IMG/VR virus record: IMGVR_UViG_3300020048_000044 | Coordinates: 57,734 to 121,733 of that record | Reading direction: 5' to 3' (one strand) | DNA: 64,000 nucleotides | DNA from: a virus | In this document: in pieces, positions 56,957 through 64,000 of the stretch | Numbering within the stretch: the stretch's first letter is position 1 | Layout: each line of letters begins with the position of its first letter | Notes under the pieces: generated by a model | Databases searched by the model: none | Told to the model about the DNA's origin: nothing | What the model saw: only the letters and a program-made list of their open reading frames with translations | Translations under genes and position numbers: made by a program

Positions 56957-57289
56957 ATGGCTGATGAATGGGGTGATTACAGCAAATTAGTTCTAAAAGA
57001 GTTAGAACGTTTGAATGAAAATTACGATAAAATGAGAACTGATATGGAAGTTAAGTTTAATGAACTTAATCAAAAAATCACCGAAGTAAAAAATATTGAA
57101 GGTAAAGTATTAAGTAATTCTGCTTGGATTGAAAAAGTAACGGAAGTTTGGTCACCAACTCAAATGAAAGAAGCTAAAGATGAACTATATAGACAAAAAA
57201 GTCGTTGGGTTGCAGCTATTGCTATTATTTCTGCTATTCAAATTCTTGTAGGTGTTGCTATTTCTGCTTGGAGTGCTTTTGGAAAGTAG
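56957..57289 (+). CDS. coiled-coil protein with C-terminal TM helix
   Basis: Coiled coil then WVAAIAIISAIQILVGVAISAW. Confidence 0.75.
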   Translation: MADEWGDYSKLVLKELERLNENYDKMRTDMEVKFNELNQKITEVKNIEGKVLSNSAWIEKVTEVWSPTQMKEAKDELYRQKSRWVAAIAIISAIQILVGVAISAWSAFGK

Positions 57290-57336
57290 TTGACTTTCAT
57301 CTTTTTTTTATTTATATTTGTAATAAAAAACCAGGT

Positions 57337-57783
57337 ATGAAGACAGGAAAAGAAGTTAAAATAGACGATTTTAAAAATTACAATATTATTTTCGGTAGTG
57401 TAAATAATAAACACCCTAAGGCAGTTTACATTAATTTTTCAGCATGGTCTGAACCACAAATTGATGATGATGAAATAAATTACTCTAGGGTAATTAGGGA
57501 AATGAATAAAAAGTTAAAACAAATATTGTTTAATTTATTTGATTCAGATAAAGAAACTGAATTTTTAAAAGAAAGAACAATAGTTGATTTAGATATAAGG
57601 GAATCGGGAATTAAGTTTGGTAAAAGAAGTTTTATGAATTGTGAAGTAACACTATTTTTAAACTCAGAAATACCAGTTAATTCAGATATAATGAGAAACA
57701 TATTAAAAGAGATAACTGGAACTGTTATCAACATAGCGTTTGACGAAAATAAATATTTTAAATTTTATAAGTCAAAAAAATAA
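57337..57783 (+). CDS. hypothetical protein with host-type promoter
   Basis: ATG 57337 after TATATTTG 57313-57320; track start 57205 overlaps the previous gene. Confidence 0.8.
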   Translation: MKTGKEVKIDDFKNYNIIFGSVNNKHPKAVYINFSAWSEPQIDDDEINYSRVIREMNKKLKQILFNLFDSDKETEFLKERTIVDLDIRESGIKFGKRSFMNCEVTLFLNSEIPVNSDIMRNILKEITGTVINIAFDENKYFKFYKSKK

Positions 57784-57799
57784 AAATAAACCCATTTTT

Positions 57800-57831
57800 A
57801 AAAGCCTCAATTACATAATTGAGGCTTTTTT
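57800..57831 (+). terminator. intrinsic terminator
   Basis: AAAAGCCTCAATT-acat-AATTGAGGCTTTT. Confidence 0.8.
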
Positions 57832-57868
57832 GTTTTCCTAACATATTTATATCTATAAGGAATTAATT

Positions 57869-58594
57869 ATGGACATAAATTATAAAGATTTTAAAGTATT
57901 AAAGCGTGGAGAAACTGGCTGGGGTGGTTTAATCGAACACGATGCTGGTTATATTAGTCCAGACGAGCCTAGAAATCTACCATTCATCAATGAGATGAAA
58001 AAATTAGAAGGTGGTAACAGATTATCAATCGTTGAACCACTTATTGTATATGTTGTATTACAAAAATATAACATTCTTAATCGTAATGGTAGAATTTACC
58101 CAGAAGCCATTCTTAGAAGACAAAATGAATTATACCAAAGAGCTATTAGAGAACGCTCAGCAATAGGTGAATTAGACCATCCAGAATCTAGTGTTATTTC
58201 TGGTGATAGAATTTCACACAATATTATCGAAACATGGTGGGAAGGCCATACATTGATGGGTAAGATGGAAATCTTAATGACCCCAGGTTACATCAATTAT
58301 GGTATTGTATCAACCAAAGGTGATAATGTTGCCGACCTATTAAGACACAGAATTAAAATTGGTGTTTCTTCAAGAGGTGTTGGTTCACTTAAAGAAGGTA
58401 GAAATGGCGAACAAATAGTACAAGACGATTTCGAAATAATTTGTTGGGATGTTGTTACAGCACCCTCAACGCCAGATGCTTGGATAGGTAGAACCCGTGA
58501 AGAAATGGCACCTTATGTAGAAAGTTTTGAAATACATAAACCGATAATAACAGAAAATTTAAATACTAAACTCGATAAATTTTTATTAGATTAA
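57869..58594 (+). CDS. prohead protease (T4 gp21-like)
   Basis: NRNGRIYP, GELDHP, GVSSRGVGS, WDVV..PSTPDA. Confidence 0.93.
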   Translation: MDINYKDFKVLKRGETGWGGLIEHDAGYISPDEPRNLPFINEMKKLEGGNRLSIVEPLIVYVVLQKYNILNRNGRIYPEAILRRQNELYQRAIRERSAIGELDHPESSVISGDRISHNIIETWWEGHTLMGKMEILMTPGYINYGIVSTKGDNVADLLRHRIKIGVSSRGVGSLKEGRNGEQIVQDDFEIICWDVVTAPSTPDAWIGRTREEMAPYVESFEIHKPIITENLNTKLDKFLLD

Positions 58595-58719
58595 TTGTTT
58601 TTTTTTAATTATTTTCATCTAAAAATGATTTTTCGAAAAATAAGATATATTTATTAAGAAATGAGGTATTTACCTTGAGTATATTTATAATATAAATAAA
58701 ACTAAACCAAAAAAATAAA

Positions 58720-60033
58720 ATGGCTGAAAAAAAATCAATACTTACAGAAGCATTACTAGATATCAAAAATATCCAGTCTGCTTTAAATGCCAACACAAAA
58801 GAAATACTTCGTAGCGTAGCTAGAGAAGAAATTAATAGTGTGGTGAAAGAATCGATTCTTGAAAAAGAAAATGATTTTGAAGAAGAGGATTTAGATTCAA
58901 CTGACGGTGGTGTAGAATTAGGTGGTGATGCTGATGCAGCATCTGCTGATTTGTCAACTGAGTTAGGTGGAGAAGAATCAACGGATGATGAGTTAGCTGG
59001 ACTTGAAGGCTCTGAAGAAGTGGCACCAGAAATGGGCTCAGAAATGGGAACAGAAATGGCACCAGAATTAGGAATGGACGCTGATGCGTTAGGTGGAGAC
59101 GAAATGGACATGACAGCAGCATCTGATGATGACGTAATCGCAATTTACAAAAAACTATCTGGCGAAGACGAAATCGAAATCGTAGGTGACGAAATTCACT
59201 TAACAATATCAGAACCTGGACAATACATTGTAAAAACTAACGACACATCTGCTCCAGTTGGTGGTGACCTTGATGTTGATTCACTAGAACCTATGGGTAT
59301 CGAAGGTGAAGAAGGCATGGGTGACGAACTTGGTGGTGAAATGGGTGATGAAGAAGGTGCTGAATATGAAATTGAAATGGGTGATGACGAAGAAGCTGGC
59401 GAAGAAGATGCAGAAGGTGCTGAACACGAAGCTGGTGAAACAAAACCATTTGAAGCTGGTGAAGAATCAGAAGAAGATGAAGAAGAACCTAAAGAAGATG
59501 AATTAGACGAAAACTTAGCACAAACTAGAGGTGCTGAAAAACATGCTGGTAGATATACCGCAGCTTCTAAAAATCCAAAACCTTTAGAGGAATCAATCAA
59601 AGCAAAACAATTAGTTTCTGAAACTGCAAAGAAATATAATACTTTATTAACTGAAGCAAAAAAACTTAAGACCGAAAATGATGAATTCAGAGGTGCACTT
59701 AAAGAATTTAGAACTAAGTTAGTAGAAACTGTAGTATTCAATAGTAATCTTACTTATGTTACAAGATTATTCATGGAACATGCTACAACAAAAGGTGAAA
59801 AACAAAACATTATTAAACGTTTTGATGAAGAAGTTTCTAACCTTAAAGAATCAAAAAAACTTTACAAAACTATTGCTAATGAATTGGATACAAGAAAACC
59901 AATTAATGAAACTTTAGAAAATAAATTTAGCAAGGGTATAACTACAAGTACTTCTAAACAATTAAACGAAAGTACTGCGTATATTGACCCTTCTGTTCAA
60001 AGAATTAAAGATTTAATGAACATCAAAAAATAA
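58720..60033 (+). CDS. prohead core / scaffolding protein (gp22-like)
   Basis: Highly acidic low-complexity middle, C-terminal coiled coil, located between protease and MCP. Confidence 0.8.
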   Translation: MAEKKSILTEALLDIKNIQSALNANTKEILRSVAREEINSVVKESILEKENDFEEEDLDSTDGGVELGGDADAASADLSTELGGEESTDDELAGLEGSEEVAPEMGSEMGTEMAPELGMDADALGGDEMDMTAASDDDVIAIYKKLSGEDEIEIVGDEIHLTISEPGQYIVKTNDTSAPVGGDLDVDSLEPMGIEGEEGMGDELGGEMGDEEGAEYEIEMGDDEEAGEEDAEGAEHEAGETKPFEAGEESEEDEEEPKEDELDENLAQTRGAEKHAGRYTAASKNPKPLEESIKAKQLVSETAKKYNTLLTEAKKLKTENDEFRGALKEFRTKLVETVVFNSNLTYVTRLFMEHATTKGEKQNIIKRFDEEVSNLKESKKLYKTIANELDTRKPINETLENKFSKGITTSTSKQLNESTAYIDPSVQRIKDLMNIKK

Positions 60034-60063
60034 TAATAAAATAACCTAAAAAAAATAAAAATT

Positions 60064-61893
60064 ATGTCACATTTATTAACATCTGGACAAGTTGGAAATA
60101 TCGGTATGAACCATATGAAAGCTATCCGTTTAGAAACACAATCAAAATGGGATTCATTAGGATTCCTTGAAGGTCTTAGAGGCCACGTAAAAGAAAATGT
60201 TGCTCAGTTATATGAAAACCAAGCTACAACATTATTAAACGAAGCTACAACAGCTACTAACTCTGGTTCTTTCGAAACAGTTGTTTTCCCTATTGTACGT
60301 AGAGTTTTCTCTAAATTACTTGCTAATGACATCGTGTCAGTACAAGCTATGAACATGCCAATTGGTAAATTGTTCTTCTTCGTTCCTCAAACATCTAGCC
60401 GTTACGATAGTGCTGGTGTTGGTGACGCTGCTTATGGTAGCAATTATGATGCAAACGGTGGTAATGGTGCATATGGTACAACATATTCAGCTCATACATC
60501 AATGGCTTCAACTGGTCTTCCATCATGTGTACAATCTAATTGTGCTGTAACAACAATGCAAGCTAAAAACTTATATGACGCATTTTACAATGACGGTCTA
60601 TTTGATAACTCTAAAGGTACTCTTACAATTCAAGTTGGTGGATACGCTGCATACGCATTAGGTAATAACGGTCAATACACAACTGTAGTTGGTGCTACTC
60701 CAGTAGCTACTGCAACTGACGGTTCTGTTAGAAGTTTAATTATCGGTGTATCTGGTTTCTCTAAAAACGTATCTACTAATGGTAGAGAAGTTATGACAGG
60801 TGCTGATGGTAATAACATGGATACTGAATCTTTCTTAGCTTCATTACATGTTATCACTACAACTGGTGTTAAAGATGCTGATAACCAAACAATCATCGAA
60901 GCTGGTAAAGAAATTCCTTTCCGTTTAGTTACACAACAATATGGTAAAGGTATCGTTTCTGGTAGCCAAGCTTTAACTGATGGTACTGGTGTTTGTTACT
61001 TAGAATTAGACTTACGTCACCCAGCTGTTACAACTAAAACTTATGACGGTTATATCGGTGCTTCTGCAACAACTGTAAGTGCTTTAACTACTGACCTTGG
61101 TTTAGCTGTTGCTTGGGCTGAATACGCTTCATTAGAACTTGAAACTGAAATGGGAGAAGTATCTTTCAAATTAGACGAAGTTGTTGTTTCTGTTGAAGAA
61201 AGAAAATTACGTGCTACATGGTCTCCAGAGCTTGCTCAAGACGTTAGTGCATTCCACAATATTGACGCTGAAGCTGAATTAACAGCAATGTTATCAGAAC
61301 AAGTTGCTGCTGAAATTGACCGTGAAATCCTTAGAGATTTACGTAAAGCTGCTGCATGGCAATTACGTTGGGATTACAATGGTTGGAGAAAAGCTTCTAC
61401 AACTGCTAGTCCTTATACACAAAAAGAATGGAATCAAACTCTTATCACTAGAGTAAACCAAACTTCTGCTCAAATCCATAAAACTACACTTAGAGGTGGT
61501 GCTAACTTCATCGTTGTATCTTCTGAAATCAGTGCTATCTTTGACGATTTAGAGTATTTCCACGTATCTGACGCTAATCCAGAACAAGATAACTACAACA
61601 TGGGTATTGAAAGAATCGGTACTTTAAGTGGACGTTACCAAGTGTACCGTGACCCTTATGCACCAGCTTACTCTATCATCATTGGACACAAAGGTAAATC
61701 ATTGCTTGACACTGGTTACATCTACGCTCCATACGTTCCATTACAATTAACTCCAACGATGTACAATCCGTTCAACTTCGCTCCAGTTAAAGGTATCATG
61801 ACACGTTACGCTAAAAAAATCGTCAATAACCGTTTTTACGGACATGTAAGAGTTGATGGCGTACCAACGTTTAACCCAAATGAATTAAGATAA
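60064..61893 (+). CDS. major capsid protein (T4 gp23-like)
   Basis: VAQLYENQ, VRRVF..LAN.IVSVQ.M..PIG, RKLRATWSPE.AQD, EIDREI, YAPYVPL, IMTRYA. Confidence 0.96.
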   Translation: MSHLLTSGQVGNIGMNHMKAIRLETQSKWDSLGFLEGLRGHVKENVAQLYENQATTLLNEATTATNSGSFETVVFPIVRRVFSKLLANDIVSVQAMNMPIGKLFFFVPQTSSRYDSAGVGDAAYGSNYDANGGNGAYGTTYSAHTSMASTGLPSCVQSNCAVTTMQAKNLYDAFYNDGLFDNSKGTLTIQVGGYAAYALGNNGQYTTVVGATPVATATDGSVRSLIIGVSGFSKNVSTNGREVMTGADGNNMDTESFLASLHVITTTGVKDADNQTIIEAGKEIPFRLVTQQYGKGIVSGSQALTDGTGVCYLELDLRHPAVTTKTYDGYIGASATTVSALTTDLGLAVAWAEYASLELETEMGEVSFKLDEVVVSVEERKLRATWSPELAQDVSAFHNIDAEAELTAMLSEQVAAEIDREILRDLRKAAAWQLRWDYNGWRKASTTASPYTQKEWNQTLITRVNQTSAQIHKTTLRGGANFIVVSSEISAIFDDLEYFHVSDANPEQDNYNMGIERIGTLSGRYQVYRDPYAPAYSIIIGHKGKSLLDTGYIYAPYVPLQLTPTMYNPFNFAPVKGIMTRYAKKIVNNRFYGHVRVDGVPTFNPNELR

Positions 61894-61909
61894 TCTCTTA
61901 TATAAACTT

Positions 61910-61939
61910 AAAAAGCTCATAGAAATATGAGCTTTTTTT
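61910..61939 (+). terminator. terminator after MCP
   Basis: AAAAAGCTCAT-agaaat-ATGAGCTTTTT. Confidence 0.8.
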
Positions 61940-61961
61940 GTTTTATAAAGTATTTATTAAT

Positions 61962-62513
61962 ATGAAAACACTAATACAAAAGTTATTAAGGGAGGGTTTA
62001 TTTGATGATTTTGATTTTCCAGAAGCCAAAAAAGAAAATCACGGTAAAGTTATTAAAAATGAATCTAAATATAAATTCATCACTATGACTTTGTATAGGG
62101 GTATTAAAAATGAAAAAGAATTAATTGATAATCATAACGGAACTTATACAATTATCAATAAACATGAGGGTAGAGATAATAATTTTATTTGGTTCACCAA
62201 TAATGAAAGTTTTGCTTTAGATTATTCTGAGTTTGCATTGTTAACTTATCCATTAGAAGTTGCTAAACATAAAAAAATAATAACATATGAAGATGGTTAC
62301 GTAAAGGAAGAAAATACTTTCATTGGTGAAGTTGAGTCGGCTTATGGTCGTGGCGTAATAGATTCTGACCCAACTAATGATTCACCAATATATGGTAATA
62401 TAGAATTACCACCAAATTGGTATTTTTCTTATAAAGCACAAAAACATATTGTTTGCAATAAAGATTTAATAATTAAACGTGAAAATCTAACATTACGTGA
62501 TGAAATAGAATAA
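61962..62513 (+). CDS. late protein with leader and possible ART-like fold
   Basis: MKTLIQKLLREGL; TLYRG..IWFT...FALDYS. Confidence 0.6.
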   Translation: MKTLIQKLLREGLFDDFDFPEAKKENHGKVIKNESKYKFITMTLYRGIKNEKELIDNHNGTYTIINKHEGRDNNFIWFTNNESFALDYSEFALLTYPLEVAKHKKIITYEDGYVKEENTFIGEVESAYGRGVIDSDPTNDSPIYGNIELPPNWYFSYKAQKHIVCNKDLIIKRENLTLRDEIE

Positions 62514-62537
62514 AAAAAGGGGCATTGCCCCTTTTTT
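62512..62537. terminator. bidirectional terminator
   Basis: AAAAAAGGGGC-att-GCCCCTTTTTT. Confidence 0.8.
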
Positions 62538-62539
62538 AA

Positions 62540-62764
62540 TTACATAGGACCAAAGTCACCATCGTTTTCTTCACGTTCAACTTTTGGTGTATCGATGAAT
62601 TCTTGGTCAAGAACATAATTACAAGTAGATTTAGGTTTTGCATACTCATTTACGATTGCTCTAGCTTTTTTTCCAAAGTCCATATCGTTAGGATTCGTCT
62701 CAGACAATTTTAAAATTTCTAAGAATGCAGCACTTTGTGCCGCTAAAAATGTTGGAATAAACAT
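62540..62764 (-). CDS. hypothetical protein
   Basis: Coupled to the upstream HTH gene. Confidence 0.7.
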   Translation of the reverse strand: MFIPTFLAAQSAAFLEILKLSETNPNDMDFGKKARAIVNEYAKPKSTCNYVLDQEFIDTPKVEREENDGDFGPM

Positions 62765-62765
62765 A

Positions 62766-62984
62766 TTAATCGTTTAAAGTGTATTTAGCATATGAAATTA
62801 TATCACCGAATTTATTAACACCGTTAACTGTTTCAGTTGTAATGTTATATCCATCTTTTTTAAGACTATGGATAGTTGCTGCCAATCTAGTATTACCTAG
62901 ATGATTAATAGCATACCAAGGGGTGATTGTACCATGTCCTTTTAATGCAGTTAATACTCTTTCTTTTTGGGTTGTTTTTGCCAT
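62766..62984 (-). CDS. winged helix-turn-helix protein
   Basis: TQKERVL.AL..GTIT..A....G.TRLAATI..LKKDGYNI; ATG 62984 after TACCTTTG (- strand, ~63026). Confidence 0.75.
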   Translation of the reverse strand: MAKTTQKERVLTALKGHGTITPWYAINHLGNTRLAATIHSLKKDGYNITTETVNGVNKFGDIISYAKYTLND

Positions 62985-63101
62985 AATGTTTTTAATTTTA
63001 AAGTTAATATTTTTAATGAGATAACAAAGGTACATAAAAAAAACCGAATAAACAAATATTCGGTTCTTTTTTTTTACGTTAACTCTTATTATTTTTTTAA
63101 A

Positions 63102-63986
63102 TTATCTCTTGGTACCGCATTTAGCACAGAATTTATCTGTTTTACCTAATTTAGAACCACAGTTTGTGCAATATACTTTAACTTGTAAATCTTCCACTGT
63201 ATTAACTTTTTGTGATACAGGAAGCATTTTATATTCTATTGTATGGAATGGACTGTAATCAAATGATTTATTAACACTTTTGAATTTTTGGTCCGAATAA
63301 GAACCTTCTTCAACCCTACCAGTTTCAATTGATTTAGTAGATGCTAATGTTAAATCCATTAATGGTGCATCAAAGTCTAAACTAGGACTAGAATAAAGAG
63401 CTGTCGAATTACTCAATAATGAATCATTACAACAATTTATATTACCAGATATTGATGACGAACCATATATTGTACCACTACTAGATGTTGTAGAATTTCC
63501 TAATGTTGGATTTCCACTTGATGACCTTAATTTTCTACCATTCATTTGCCCATTAAGAAAACCACCTACATTTCTATTATTGTAATAAAAATTATCTCTA
63601 TATTGTGGTGTATAAACAGGTTTTGATTCTCTATAGAATTCAACCTTAAAATCACCATTATTTTGAATAGCTTCTTTAGCTTCTTCAGAATTTTCGATTT
63701 CATAAGTATCGAATAAGAATTTTTTAGCTACGTCTAAATAACGGTCAAGGAATACTCTCTGACCTGGGTTTAATATCAAACCACCTTGGGAAATAGCATT
63801 TCCATTAAGTATAATCTTAGCTAAGACTACGCTAGTTGTTGGATTGAATAATTCGATTTGGAATTCTTGACCTTTTTGAAGGTAATATGTTGGCATTTCA
63901 CCAGCATTATCGTAGAGTTTAATTCTACTTTTGTTCACAGCAATATTAGCTGTAGGCACAGATGGTGCCAAGATTGTTTTCTTCAT
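63102..63986 (-). CDS. hypothetical protein with C-terminal zinc ribbon
   Basis: CTNCG..DKFCAKCG; Ser/Gly-rich linker. Confidence 0.8.
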   Translation of the reverse strand: MKKTILAPSVPTANIAVNKSRIKLYDNAGEMPTYYLQKGQEFQIELFNPTTSVVLAKIILNGNAISQGGLILNPGQRVFLDRYLDVAKKFLFDTYEIENSEEAKEAIQNNGDFKVEFYRESKPVYTPQYRDNFYYNNRNVGGFLNGQMNGRKLRSSSGNPTLGNSTTSSSGTIYGSSSISGNINCCNDSLLSNSTALYSSPSLDFDAPLMDLTLASTKSIETGRVEEGSYSDQKFKSVNKSFDYSPFHTIEYKMLPVSQKVNTVEDLQVKVYCTNCGSKLGKTDKFCAKCGTKR

Positions 63987-64000
63987 TTTTTTAACTTTTT

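Noticed and set aside
1-64000. Prophage or host chromosome
   Set aside because: No integrase, repressor cassette, IS, rRNA or run of host housekeeping genes; trxA, thyA and clpC are interspersed with phage genes and phage-type signals.

Overview
This is a 64 kb, very AT-rich segment of a large tailed phage with a T4-like head module. The host is almost certainly in Bacteroidota: there are more than 30 TTTG/TTAG-N20-TAnnTTTG promoters, A-rich start contexts with no Shine-Dalgarno, and Bacteroidota-style signal peptides. Layout: (i) 1-3.4 kb, a dense C-rich run of small ORFs. (ii) 3.4-4.3 kb, non-coding, with palindromes, a parS-like site and a perfect 20-bp hairpin. (iii) 4.3-24 kb, an early/host-takeover array of about 50 small genes, many with their own host-type promoter. 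It includes GP88, DUF932, a glucosaminidase, three copies of an apparently structured ~75-nt RNA, and a structured RNA followed by an atypical tRNA. (iv) ~24.1-24.35 kb, a G-quadruplex-prone tract plus direct repeats, where strand skew becomes strongly G/T-rich. (v) 24.4-47 kb, accessory and metabolic genes: PcfJ-like, nucleotidyltransferase, HNH, thioredoxin, LRR, YkuK RNase H-like, ABC-GNAT, ART-like, ClpC, KTSC, ThyA, GIY-YIG. (vi) 47-62 kb, the head module: terminase, portal, prohead protease, scaffold, major capsid. All family assignments come from motif recognition by eye, with no database search, and hand-counted coordinates may be off by a base or two.
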